A DNA stretch of 64,000 nt from Octopus vulgaris (GCA_951406725.2 OX597816.1:27156001-27220000); one strand, 5' to 3'; shown: positions 50,101 through 58,931, counted from the stretch's first letter. Numbers and translations: made by a program. The notes: generated by a model not told the origin, from the letters alone.

Positions 50101-51957
50101 AAAGCACCCACTACACTCACGGAATGGTTGGCGTTAGGAAGGGCATCCAGCCGTAGAAACATTGCCAGATCAGACTGGGCCTGGTGCAGCCTTCTGGCTT
50201 CCCGGACCCCGGTTGAATCATCCAACCCATGCTAGCATGGAAAGCGGACGCTAAACGATGATGATGATGATGATGATGAGAGAGAGAGAAGCAGCTGGAT
50301 ATTATTATCAGCTGATATAGGAAAAATGACTGTTGGTATAGATATGAAATGAGTAAAGAGGTGTTGTTAGTGAAAGGTATCTGGAAAACTAAGATCAAGG
50401 AAGACACAAGTTTGGAAATGTGGTCCAGAAGTTTGTTTGACAACCGAATGGTGAACTTAATATCAGAGTTCAACTCCCCTGATATTTAATTGATCAATAC
50501 AGAATTTGGTAAAGAGAAACAGTATGGAATCCATTATTATTTTACACTAGCTTTTCATACTGGTCTCATATTGATTCCCACTTGAAGTTACTGCCTTTCT
50601 TGTTTTGGCTACCCTTCCTAACACCAACCATTTGACATAATGATGATGCATGCATTTTGTCTGGACACCAACTTTATCTTGCATATATACCCTCCACAAA
50701 AGAGACTTTACTGCTATTTGTTGTCCTTTGTGGTTCAAGGCAATTGCAGAAGATGAACCAAGGTGATAGTACGAAGGAGGGAAATAGTGTGATTAGAATG
50801 GAAGAGAAAGTTGAAATGAAAGAGTGTCATAAAAAAGTAATTGAACAGAGAACAGTAATGAGGGAAACCCTAATGGCAGCCTGCATGTTTGGTAAGAAAG
50901 AGGTGATGTGTTCTCATAAAAATAGTTGAGGGAAGGCATTTTGCAGTTAAGAGCATAGAAGAGCAGTGATAACGACTGAGAGTGATTGAGTGATGAATTG
51001 TTGAGGTAACAATGGTAAGAGAGTGGTGGATGTTAAGAGAAACCGGCGGCGAGAAATAAGGTGGCGAGCTGGCAGAAACGTTAGCATGCCGGGCGAAATG
51101 CTTAGCGGTATTTCGTCTGCGTTATGTTGTGAGTTCAAATTCCGCTGAGGTCGACTTTGCCTTTCATCCTTTCGGGGGTCGATGAATTAAGTACCAGTTA
51201 CGCACTGGGGTCGATGTAATCGACTTAATACCTATGTCTGTCCTTGTTTGTCCCCTCTGTGTTTAGCCCCTTGTGGGTAATAAAGAAATAGGATGTTAAG
51301 AGAAACCTGGAGAAGAAGAAGGGGAGCATGTATAGGATGTCAACTGACTCACGTTACTCAAGCACCATGATGGAAGGGAGATATTTTAATGATAAAGTGG
51401 AGCTTGAAGATGATCATTTCTAATGTGTTCCCTTATTTGATGGGTCGCAATGATATAGTGAATAGATGAAGGGACATAGAAAGGTGGAAGAATGAATAAG
51501 ATAAGAGGAGTGGGGTAGGAGACATAGTCATGGAGGTAGGTTTTATTGATTTTGAATTTTTTTTTTTTTCGCTATTTGATATTTAAAATTTAGAAAACTA
51601 AGATATTTTCATTAACAAATAGTAAATGGAACAAGAAAATTAATCTAAATCTGTAAAACTGAAACTGAAGTTAATTTTAAAAAACCCATAATTTAAGGTA
51701 ATTTTGTCACTGTCTTTAATTTTCTTCAAGTTTGTTTAATATTCTTGTAACTCTCTTAGACTCTCTCAGACTTGCCATACTTTCCATTTGCAGATTATTT
51801 ATGCAATGTTTTGGATGACCTCGGTCTAAGTGCAGAACAAATGCATGACATCAAGCAGCTGTTGAAAGCTGAACCAGATGAATTCCGGCCTCTTGCCAGT
51901 CGAATGCCTCAAAGACTGGCCAATGTGATAAGTCAGATGAGAAACATTGAGCTGTGA
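8717..51957 (+). CDS. COG7: COG7 gene span, 24 coding exons, 757 aa
   Basis: Spliced translation [21 protein letters not shown]...[34 protein letters not shown]...[23 protein letters not shown]...MRNIEL* follows recalled human COG7 ([21 protein letters not shown]...LVMKLQLFIQEVN...[23 protein letters not shown]). All introns are GT-AG with consistent phases; exon lengths sum to 2274 nt. Confidence 0.96.
8846..9490. repeat. 50-bp minisatellite (9 tandem units at 8960-9408) inside a larger duplication
   Basis: AAAGGCGTTCCTGCCATGACTATTCCATCGTGGTCGTTTTAAGACAGTGC every 50 bp. Confidence 0.95.
9656..10304. mobile_element. MITE with ~70-bp TIRs and 9-bp TSD (Mutator-like), containing SINE B
   Basis: GGTACTAC...GTAGTACC ends; TACTTTTAA duplicated at 9647-9655 and 10305-10313; internal CCCTAA-like repeats. 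Confidence 0.85.
9800..10224 (-). mobile_element. tRNA-derived SINE, family B (internal TA/TG microsatellite, AGTAAAAG tail)
   Basis: GGAGTGGCTGTGTGGTAAG...GGTTCAGTCCC head; many copies in the window; nested in a MITE. Confidence 0.88.
10693..11084 (-). mobile_element. tRNA-derived SINE, further family
   Basis: Minus strand TGGCTCAGTGGTTAGAGCG...GCTCGAATCCC head, then GTGTTCTTGAGCAAGACAC core and a GC-richer tail. Confidence 0.8.
11350..11609 (+). mobile_element. SINE family B, 3' part
   Basis: Matches the body and tail of other copies. Confidence 0.82.
12660..12752 (+). CDS. COG7: COG7 exon 2
   Basis: tttcag|[31 protein letters not shown]|gtaagt. Confidence 0.95.
12954..13369 (+). mobile_element. 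MITE family E
   Basis: TIR GGATCTTTTC(G/A)GTTTGAACGGCAGTTTTT; 8-bp TSD AATATCAT; internal CCTAACCCTAACC. Confidence 0.9.
14000..14386 (+). mobile_element. tRNA-derived SINE, family C
   Basis: A box TGGCCCAGTGG and B-box-like GGTTTTGATTCC; flanking ACATGTTTAAA repeat; second copy at 26135. Confidence 0.87.
14562..14606 (+). CDS. COG7: COG7 exon 3
   Basis: tgcag|[15 protein letters not shown]|gtaagc. Confidence 0.95.
14796..15423. mobile_element. Fold-back MITE related to family E, ~230-bp inverted arms
   Basis: TIR GGATCTTTTCCTTTTGAACGGCAG; 8-bp TSD TCATTTTT. Confidence 0.88.
15965..16307 (-). mobile_element. SINE family B, 5'-truncated
   Basis: Matches other copies. Confidence 0.85.
16887..17119 (+). 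mobile_element. SINE family A
   Basis: Full copy, flanking GGTATTTTGTC repeat. Confidence 0.88.
17363..17418 (+). CDS. COG7: COG7 exon 4
   Basis: ttcag|[18 protein letters not shown](R)|gtctct, phase 2. Confidence 0.93.
18226..18617 (-). mobile_element. SINE family B
   Basis: Matches other copies. Confidence 0.87.
18826..19378. mobile_element. Head-to-head inverted dimer of a tRNA-head short element
   Basis: Palindrome centred at 19134/19135; A and B boxes in each arm; 14-bp flanking repeat TTTACAGCATTTAG. Confidence 0.78.
19555..19639 (+). CDS. COG7: COG7 exon 5
   Basis: ataag|(R)[28 protein letters not shown]|gtaaat. Confidence 0.93.
19711..19746 (+). ncRNA. Minimal hammerhead motif, probably decayed
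   Basis: CUUU-CUGAGGA-aGAGCguugGCUC-GAAA-UG-UU-AAAG. Confidence 0.5.
20626..20715 (+). CDS. COG7: COG7 exon 6
   Basis: tttag|[30 protein letters not shown]|gtaaaa. Confidence 0.95.
21711..22551 (-). mobile_element. Retrozyme-like non-coding element (~594-nt unit, ~1.4 copies)
   Basis: Direct repeat 21711-21957 / 22306-22551, flanked by (TA)n; carries a hammerhead motif. Confidence 0.75.
21897..21997 (-). ncRNA. Type I hammerhead ribozyme motif, canonical core
   Basis: UCUACG-CUGAAGA-[GAAA..70-nt stem II..UUUC]-GAAA-CGUACG-UC-CGUAGA. Confidence 0.85.
23080..23148 (+). CDS. COG7: COG7 exon 7
   Basis: tgcag|[23 protein letters not shown]|gtaagt. Confidence 0.95.
24647..24682 (+). CDS. COG7: COG7 exon 8
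   Basis: tacag|[12 protein letters not shown]|gtaaga. Confidence 0.93.
24917..25432 (-). mobile_element. RTE-type 3' tail repeat, family D, ending in (GAT)n
   Basis: GGAGTGGTTGGCGTTAGGAAGGGCATCCAGC...CCATGCTAGCATGGAAAACGGACGTTAAA(TGA)n; at 34715-35070 the same tail directly follows decayed RTE ORF sequence. Confidence 0.8.
25972..26092 (+). CDS. COG7: COG7 exon 9
   Basis: ttcag|[40 protein letters not shown]|gtaaat. Confidence 0.95.
26135..26515 (+). mobile_element. SINE family C
   Basis: Near-identical to 14000-14386; flanking AATCTCAATGG repeat. Confidence 0.87.
26901..27290 (+). mobile_element. SINE family B
   Basis: Matches other copies. Confidence 0.87.
28309..28391 (+). CDS. COG7: COG7 exon 10
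   Basis: tgcag|(E)[27 protein letters not shown]|gtaagt. Confidence 0.95.
28580..29006. repeat. Long inverted repeat, arms 28580-28728 and 28859-29006
   Basis: ATAGAGTGGTTGTATAAAGTCAACATAACG... / ...CGTTATGTTGACTTTATACAACCACTCTAT. Confidence 0.92.
28792..28837 (+). ncRNA. Minimal type I hammerhead motif
   Basis: CCUGGA-CUGAUGA-cGGGcaagaCCCa-GAAA-CAUGCAUG-UA-UUCAGG. Confidence 0.72.
30825..30935 (+). CDS. COG7: COG7 exon 11
   Basis: aacag|[37 protein letters not shown]|gtgact. Confidence 0.94.
31241..31637 (-). mobile_element. MITE family E
   Basis: 8-bp TSD CAGAATTG. Confidence 0.88.
32126..32542 (+). mobile_element. MITE family E, degenerate ends
   Basis: Matches 12954-13369. Confidence 0.85.
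32703..32867 (+). CDS. COG7: COG7 exon 12
   Basis: taaag|[19 protein letters not shown]...LINLKQ|gtttgt. Confidence 0.93.
33086..33748 (+). mobile_element. Non-autonomous Helitron
   Basis: A|TCTATATATATAAAA start; subterminal CCG..CGG hairpin; CTAG|T end. Confidence 0.78.
34445..35080 (+). mobile_element. Two tandem RTE-type 3' ends (family D)
   Basis: Two tails; the second is preceded by [14 protein letters not shown]-like coding remnant. Confidence 0.8.
35189..35243 (+). CDS. COG7: COG7 exon 13
   Basis: ataag|[18 protein letters not shown]|gtaagc; phases fit both neighbours. Confidence 0.88.
35647..35777 (+). CDS. COG7: COG7 exon 14
   Basis: tccag|(D)[43 protein letters not shown]|gtgagt. 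Confidence 0.94.
35900..36310 (+). mobile_element. Penelope-like element GIY-YIG endonuclease remnant
   Basis: [17 protein letters not shown]...TALS...[11 protein letters not shown], preceded by a CNC motif. Confidence 0.7.
36411..36485 (+). CDS. COG7: COG7 exon 15
   Basis: ttaag|[25 protein letters not shown]|gtttgt. Confidence 0.93.
37582..37647 (+). CDS. COG7: COG7 exon 16
   Basis: tttag|[22 protein letters not shown]|gtatgt. Confidence 0.94.
38122..38260 (+). CDS. COG7: COG7 exon 17
   Basis: tttag|[14 protein letters not shown]...[16 protein letters not shown](G)|gtctgt. Confidence 0.92.
39019..39239. mobile_element. piggyBac-like MITE
   Basis: TTAA|CCCTTTCGTTAC ... GTAACGAAAGGG|TTAA. 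Confidence 0.85.
39445..39700 (-). mobile_element. LINE 3' end (RTE-like) with (TGA)n tail
   Basis: [11 protein letters not shown]...LLLWKP...[12 protein letters not shown]. Confidence 0.78.
40242..40640 (+). mobile_element. Non-autonomous Helitron
   Basis: A|TCTTTATATATAAAA start; CCCGAGCAACGCCGGG hairpin 40613-40628; CTAG|T end. Confidence 0.82.
40694..40814 (+). CDS. COG7: COG7 exon 18
   Basis: ttcag|(G)[39 protein letters not shown]|gtaagt. Confidence 0.93.
40843..41110 (-). mobile_element. SINE family B, 3' part (older SINE fragments follow to ~41470)
   Basis: Matches other copies. Confidence 0.8.
41592..42022. repeat. Compound repeat CATCCTCACTGTCACCA(CAC)n
   Basis: Direct reading. 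Confidence 0.95.
42175..42278 (+). CDS. COG7: COG7 exon 19
   Basis: tacag|(K)[34 protein letters not shown]|gtaaat; phases 2 and 1 match neighbours; weaker homology. Confidence 0.87.
42445..42697 (+). mobile_element. Family D tail
   Basis: Matches other copies. Confidence 0.8.
43690..44168 (-). mobile_element. CR1-group LINE 3' end
   Basis: [17 protein letters not shown]...TRGH..K....R...FTLRV...WNKLP. Confidence 0.85.
44389..44519 (+). CDS. COG7: COG7 exon 20
   Basis: ttcag|(G)[43 protein letters not shown]|gttagt. Confidence 0.94.
45443..45526 (+). CDS. COG7: COG7 exon 21
   Basis: tgcag|[28 protein letters not shown]|gtaaga. Confidence 0.96.
45780..46132 (-). mobile_element. SINE family B
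   Basis: Matches other copies. Confidence 0.86.
47378..47920 (-). mobile_element. Non-autonomous Helitron with a family D tail inserted near its 5' end
   Basis: Minus strand TCTCTCTATATA start; terminal hairpin and CTAGT at 47378-47418. Confidence 0.65.
48123..48237 (+). CDS. COG7: COG7 exon 22
   Basis: aacag|[38 protein letters not shown]|gtaatg. Confidence 0.96.
48404..48792 (-). mobile_element. SINE family B
   Basis: Matches other copies. Confidence 0.87.
49135..49406 (+). mobile_element. MITE family E, right part
   Basis: Matches 13095-13369. Confidence 0.83.
49690..49821 (+). CDS. COG7: COG7 exon 23
   Basis: tgtag|(D)[43 protein letters not shown]|gtaagt. Confidence 0.96.
49932..50279 (+). 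mobile_element. Family D tail with internal GGCACGTAAAAAGCACC repeats
   Basis: Matches other copies. Confidence 0.8.
51060..51291 (+). mobile_element. SINE family A
   Basis: Full copy, flanking GGATGTTAAGAGAAACC repeat. Confidence 0.88.
51794..51957 (+). CDS. COG7: COG7 exon 24 (terminal coding part)
   Basis: tgcag|(D)[53 protein letters not shown] with tandem TGA TAA. Confidence 0.96.
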
Positions 51958-52029
51958 TAACAGACCGTATGCTCCAGGATACTTCATAACAAATTGTTGG
52001 TTTTATTTATTTTTGAGTGTATGTGCATG

Positions 52030-52076
<47 letters not shown>

Positions 52077-52300
52077 AGCAACAAGAATATCTTTGGTAAT
52101 TTGGTACCGAAGTTATTCTTGTTGCTTATTTTGATTATAATCACCCCATGGATTTTAATGGATAACACCATACAAAATTCTGGTGCATCTAACTTAAGTA
52201 CCATATTCATTTGAATCTAAATTTTGCTGAACTTATATATATATATACTGGAGTAAACACATAAATGTGAAACAAGGTGGAAAAAAGAGTACTCAAATAC

Positions 52301-52356
52301 CAGCAAAAACTGTCTGATGAACGGCAACGGGAAACTCAGAGTAACAGGTTTTGTTG
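52301..52356 (+). ncRNA. Minimal type I hammerhead motif in putative COG7 3' UTR
   Basis: CAGCAAAAACUGU-CUGAUGA-aCGgcaaCGg-GAAA-CUCaGAG-UA-ACAGGUUUUGUUG. Confidence 0.68.
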
Positions 52357-52373
52357 AATTTTCTGCTGCTTTA

Positions 52374-52379
52374 AATAAA
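52374..52379 (+). terminator. First canonical AATAAA after the COG7 stop (alternative near 54020)
   Basis: Motif scan only; usage unknown. Confidence 0.35.
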
Positions 52380-52415
<36 letters not shown>

Positions 52416-53374
52416 GTTAGGAGGCACAAGCATGTACACACACATGTACACACACGGTGATAACTTCCGCCTACCAAATTCAGTTACAAGGCTTTGGTCA
52501 GCCACACGCATTTACACACGTACAAACAAGAAAAGGGCATGATACACATTACGTAGAGTTCATATTTGTAATGGGATAGTTGGTAACTCACTTGGCCACT
52601 CAGTTTCATGGACACTAAACCAGGTGCCTTGTTGACCAAATACCCATGATGGTTACACACAAGTTTTCGTATCTATAACCTTTTGAATAACAGCCATATA
52701 GATTTTCAAACCAAGGTTACTTATTACCTCGGTTTAAATATATGGAAAAAAACCCCAAAAAAACAGCACACCAAGTATTGAGTACTAATACACACACAGG
52801 TAACATACAGAAAGATCCAGTGACTGCATTTTCTGTTTATCTGTTCCATAACAATATTCATTATAATGTCATTAATATATTTCCTTTAGGTGGGTATTTG
52901 GAAGTAGTGATATCCATGCCTTTCTGAAACAGGGTTACAAATACAGGAGAAATCAAATGGTTCTGCTTACCAAGAGTTTACTCACATGCATGTATATATG
53001 TTTATTCAGGGGAAGAAATTAGAAGATTAATCATGTCACTTCAGATGATTTTGAAACTCAAAAGAAGCATGCACTCTACCATGTTACTCAGCACTTTACT
53101 TTAAATTGTGGTTCTCCCAGGCTTCTAAATGTGTAACACACACATAGGTTAAATACGGTTCATTATATTCATGGAGTAGAAATTATAGACATGTAAATAC
53201 ATAGAAATCATCTAATATTTTGAAGTGGTGGCAGAGGTTACATTTTAACACATTTTTTAAATTTCCATTAACAGCCAAACAGTGGCTTTTGATTCACTAC
53301 TGGCAACAGTTATCACAGTATCATCAAAATCAATGATTTTTTTTTCTTGTTTTTCCTTCTGTTGGGTGATGTGA

Positions 53375-53418
<44 letters not shown>

Positions 53419-53521
53419 AATGTGAGGATAAAATTATTTTCGAAAAAAATATTTTCTCGAAAAAAATTTTATCAATGGCCAGCAATATTAAAAAATACCT
53501 TTAACGGTTAAATTTATAAAC

Positions 53522-53791
53522 AATTCATAAATGAGGGCAAAGAAAAAAAATTCTAATGCCAGATATGCCGAAAAATTGGACATATTGTCCATTAACCATA
53601 TAATTTTTTCACAATACGCACACTACTCGAAAAAAGGCCGACAAATTTCTAAAAAATTCCATTATTACCATATCGGACCATTTTGAGTAGCGTGCGTATT
53701 GTGAAAAAATTATATGGTTAATGGACAATATGTCCAATTTTTTGGCATATTTGGCATTAGAATTCTTTTCCTTTGCCCTCATTTATGAATT
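53522..53791. repeat. Long inverted repeat, ~120-bp arms, between (TA)n tracts
   Basis: AATTCATAAATGAGGGCAAAG... / ...CTTTGCCCTCATTTATGAATT. Confidence 0.9.
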
Positions 53792-54324
53792 ATATATATA
53801 TATATATATTATTAGTTTTGTCTGTTGTTGAGGAACTTGCCAGAACAATTCAGTGTCAAGAGAGAAACATTCCAGGCAGAATGTTCCATTATTTCCATCT
53901 TATGTAGCAGCAGCAGACGGAAGACTTTTATAAATAATCTGCCTTTCCTTTCTTTCAGTAAAAGACTTATTTGCTCAGACAGAAAGAAAAAATTATATTA
54001 ATAGGGAAAACTGTAAATAAATAAAAAGAGGGACAAAATGTATCCCAAATTATGTTATGATGTTCGATGTCTTATTTATTTTATATTGCATTCTGTGTTG
54101 TCGGTCAGGAGGTCCCAGTGGGACAGTCACTGGTTTATTGTATTTTCAATGGTGAGAGAGAGAGTGACAAGAGAGTGTCCATACAGGTTGAGTTGTAAAA
54201 TATGACATGGTGGTATCTGGCTTTCATTTGAAACAAATCAGTTTTCTATGATTATAGATCAGTAAGATTTATCCCGTTTTGGGGGGAGCAAACAGAGACT
54301 TATGTTATTGTTCATTATCTAGAG

Positions 54325-54503
54325 CAGTGGTTTTCAACCAGGGTTCTGCAAGAAGTTACAAAACTGCTAAAATCGGCAGTAATTTTTAATTCTCCTGTGC
54401 AGATATGTGTGCATAAGACTATTAAATCCTTGCACAGGGGTTCCCTGAGCCAGTGGAATGTTTCCTTGGGGTTCCACTCCAGCAAAAAGTTTGAAAAGCA
54501 CTG
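54325..54503. mobile_element. hAT (Charlie-like) MITE
   Basis: CAGTGGTTTTCAA...TTGAAAAGCACTG; imperfect 8-bp TSD ATCTAGAG/ATGTAGGG. Confidence 0.75.
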
Positions 54504-54904
54504 ATGTAGGGAGTAGTCAGTAACCAAAAGCCTGTAGACTGAAGTGACAATGGAATGAGTACAACAACAAAGGCGTGTATATTTGCTGAGAGGACCAAGG
54601 AGGGGAACAGGAGAAAGAAGAACATCAGAACCAGAAGTGGGAAGATGGAAGGAGCAAGAATATAAAAAGAAAACAGGGATATGTGAAGGTGGTCCTTTTA
54701 GCCTGAAAGTAGGGGTCCTTCGAAGTTCACTCCTCGACCCCCTCCTATTCATCAATGTCCCTCGTGTTACATCTTCAAAAAAACACTGAATATTCAAATC
54801 ATGAAAACTCTTAGATACCTGCAAAAATGTGCATTGCCACTACTTATTGTCAATGCAGACTAAACAACAGCAGTGTGGCATGACAAACCCCAGAACAACT
54901 CAGT

Positions 54905-56300
54905 CCATCATCATTCAACATCGAGTTTCCATGCTGCTGTAGGTTGGCCAGCTGAAAAACTGCCCAGGCTCCATATCTGTTCTGGCATGGTTTCTACGGC
55001 TGGATACCCTTCCTAACGCCAACCACTTTACAGAGTACTGAGTGCTTTTACATGGCACCAGCACCCACAGGATTAGAAATGCTCAACTAAAGAGAGATGC
55101 AGGGGACATGCCTGTATGCGAGGACAACCACAATTTTACTTTGTTTGATGTGTATTCTCAAGCATTGTAAATTGCCAGGAGTCTTATCCCATCTGTGAGG
55201 CCTAACGTATGAAGATCCTTACCACTTCATCTGTCTTCCTCTACTTTTTCCATGTTCTCTTCACAATTAGTTGCATCAAGAAGCATCAATCTCTGTCTTC
55301 ATTCATATGTATTACATGACCGCACCAGCACAGACTTCTCTCTTGCACACATCTGATGCTTTGTATACCCAGTTTTTCTCTCAAATCACTTACACCGTCG
55401 TATATGCACACTGATATTACCCAACCAGTTGAGCATACCGGCTTTATTTCTTTCAAGCCTTCACATGTCCTCAGTAGTCACAGCCCATATCCTACTGCCA
55501 TGTAGCATAGCTTTTCTGTATACAGGCATCATACAATCTGCCTTTCACTCTGAGGGAGAGGCTTGTTGTTACCAAGAGGTAGCAGCTCTCTCAACTTTGC
55601 CCAGCTTATTCTTATTCTAGCAGCTATGCTTTCAGAACAACCTCCACCACTACTAATCAAGTGCTTCTACAAATTTCCCCTTCTGCTTCTTCCCTGGCCC
55701 AGTATACCTGTTTTCTAGCTATCTGATATAGTTCTCTGCTACCATTATTCTTCCAGACCCGTTTCTTTGCTCCAATGGCCTTATCTACAATATCATTCCA
55801 CCACTACATCATCCTTGGTCTGGTTTGGGCTTTGCATCAGCCACAGATTTGGTCTGTAGTACTCAGCAAGCTCTCCTACAGGAACTCCCAGAAGTCTAGT
55901 CCCTCTTCCGCTTTGTTAAATTTCTCAGTTAGGGTGTCCCTAAATCTCTGACCATTTAAAGGATCCTTAAACTTCTAAATCTTTTTTCCAGATTGGTCTG
56001 CTAGCCTAAAGTCGCTAATGACTAATCTATGCATAGGGGTACACTCTTCCCTAGGGAACATCTTTGCATTTATGAGCAGCCATGTTGTCTATTGAGAATG
56101 TAATCAATCTGGTTAGCAAGGTCACCTGATTGATAGGATATCAGGTAACTGGCTGGCTTTCTGAAATTAGGTTATTTGTATCCAGCAGCTTTGCTCCCTC
56201 CTCATTTTGGGAACCAATTCCAAGGCCCCCACGTGCATCATGGAAGATACCTGGGTGCTGCTCAACATGTCCATTGAAATCACCAGCCACAGAAGCTATG
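54905..56300 (-). mobile_element. Old, deleted RTE-clade LINE (tail, RT C-terminus, endonuclease remnants)
   Basis: 55190-55660 is visibly homologous to 140-600; GDFNGHV-like and QIDYIL-like endonuclease motifs near 56090-56290. Confidence 0.72.
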
Positions 56301-56803
56301 AGAGAAATATACTCCAACAGTATACACTGAGAAAACTAATTGCTGAACATTGTATTGATTAACAGTGTTAATTTAATTATCCTATGGGTTAACTCGGTAC
56401 AATTTAGGATCTGAGAATACTAACAGCGGATCTGTGTTGACAACAATGTTAATAAAATCCAAGAGTTTGCAGAGGGATTGAAAGGATATTCCCATTCCTT
56501 CCACTAACTAAACTTGACACCTTCAAACTGCTAGGTAAGTCACAGAAATATTGGGAGCTTCAGCAGGCTAAATTGCCCTAGTAAACACTACAAAAGTTTC
56601 TTTGATCTAGCATTACTAATAATTTATCAAATAGCATTCTGGAATCACTTAATGAGGATCTATTTTTTTTTATGCATTTATTATGAGCCAGTACTACATA
56701 AAAAACACTCGGTGCCATGTGGAAGCGCTCAAGCCAGTGTCATGTAAAAGTGCTTGTTCTAGTGCCACATTAAAAGCACACACTGTAAAGTGGTTGATGT
56801 TAA

Positions 56804-57036
56804 GGCGGCGAGCTGGCAGAAGCGTTAGCACGCCGGGCAAAATGCTTTGCGGTATTTCATCTGCTGTTACGTTGTGAGTTCAAATTCCGCCAAGGTCGAC
56901 TTTGCCTTTCATCCTTTCAGGGTTGATAAATTAAGCACCAGTTACGCACTGGGGTCGATGTAATCGACTTAATACCTATGTCTGTCTTTGTTTGTCTCCT
57001 CTATGTTTAGCCCCTTGTGGGTAATAAAGAAATAGG
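56804..57036 (+). mobile_element. SINE family A inserted in an RTE-type tail
   Basis: Full copy, flanking GGTTGATGTTA repeat. Confidence 0.88.
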
Positions 57037-57759
57037 TTGATGTTAGGAAGGGCATCCAGCCTTAGAAAGCAAGCCAAATCAGACTGGAACCTGGTGTGGC
57101 TTCTCAGCTCTGGTCAAATCAATGCCAGCAGGGAAAATGGGCATTGAAGATAATGAAACCACAAATTTCGTGGAATTACTGCGTAAGGTATTAATATTTG
57201 TACCTTTTAGAGTAGTGGATTTGGCAGAATTATTTGATAGTTGAACCAAATGTCTTTTACATATTAAGTTCAAGTCCCAAGGGTGACAAAATAAGTACTA
57301 GGGCCTATAAAATTCCTTTTATAGCTTGGAGGACTATGATAAACAAAAGGGGGCTAAGAATTGATCGCTGGCGGACTCCTACTTGTATACTAAATTCCTT
57401 GCTATACTCATTGACGACTTTCACCTTAATGACTACATCCCAATACATGACTTATAGCTCTTACCATCCACTCGTCTATCCCTAGTTTCTGCATTGACTA
57501 CCAGATAAGGGAGTGGGGGACCATCAAAGGCTTTCTCCATGTCAACAAAAACCTACGCTAAGGTTGTAGCAATATGCCTATGTAATATATTGATATCTGA
57601 CTTTAAGGAGTAAAGGGCAAATTGCTTCCTCGATAAAAAAATAATTCAAAGTTGTTTTCTCAATCAAGGTAAAATGTGCCTGGTATGCAAACCTCTACTT
57701 GGTCATTTGATCTGTAAGAAATAACAGCCAAACCTTCAAAAAAAAAAAAATCACCCAAA

Positions 57760-58082
57760 TCATCATCATCATCATCGCTTAATGTCCGCTTTCCATGCTA
57801 GCATGGGTTGGACGGTTCAACTGGGGTCTGGGAAGCCCGAAGGTTGCACCAGGCCCAGTCAGATCTGGCAGTGTTTCTACAGCTGGATGCCCTTCCTAAT
57901 GCCAACCACTCCGTGAGTGTAGTGGGTGCTTTTTACGTGCCACCAACACAGGTGCCAGACAAGGCTGGTGAACGTCCACGCTCGGATGGTGCTTTTTACG
58001 TGCCACCGGCACGAAGGCCAGTTGATGCGGCACTGGCTACGGCCACGTTCGGGTGGTTTTCTTATGTGTCACCGGCACTGGT
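57760..58082 (-). mobile_element. Family D tail
   Basis: Matches other copies. Confidence 0.8.
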
Positions 58083-58242
58083 CAATGTCTTTAAAAAAAG
58101 GACACGAGATAATGTAGTCTTAGATATACTACTTGAATAAAAACGGGATAGTCACTACTAGAATACTTTGCTTGCCAGCTGAGCTGATAATATAATGGCT
58201 AGGGGAGAAACAAACCCGGGGCTAAACAATAAGGAAATTTAC

Positions 58243-58648
58243 GGATCTTTTCGGTTTGAACGGCAGTTTTTCCTAGCGGTGTCATATGAAATTGTCACCC
58301 ATAATTATGACCCTAGTATCGATCTATTGCATTTCAATCTGTGTTAGGGGTGGGGAGAAGGGTATCTTTTTTTCTTCACAAATGTAAATAAACCCAATCT
58401 GTTTCTTAAACGAGGGATATATTCATACGGCACAGAATGCTTTTTACCTCAATAGACGTCATTGATTGGTTGAAATTGCAGAAATTGAAGAAAAAAAAAC
58501 AACAAATATCTTACAAACTATAGAATTTTCTCAATAAAGCCAAGAGAAAAAGATGTTTTATAAACACGTTCTACCAGTATACGAAGTTTAAAATTTTTTA
58601 GTTGCCTAGAAATTATGTTAAAAACTGCCATTCAAACCGAAAAGATCC
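58243..58648 (-). mobile_element. MITE family E
   Basis: 10-bp flanking duplication GGAAATTTAC. Confidence 0.9.
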
Positions 58649-58931
58649 GGAAATTTACATTGGCTAATAAGATTGAGGACAGTGATTGAAAAATAGATTG
58701 GGTAGTGATGGATGGAGCATTTACTTAATCAGGACTGACCAAGGGCTAAATAATAATTGTACAGAGAGAAATTAAACATGAAAACCTGTAAGGAATTTTC
58801 AGACTGTTTTTATTTTGACAAAACACAAACAACTTTTTGTAAATTAACTAATTTAATACACATAAATGTTCTAATTAACAGCATACATCATCTAATTAGA
58901 GACACACACTCACACACAATCTGTTTTTTTT

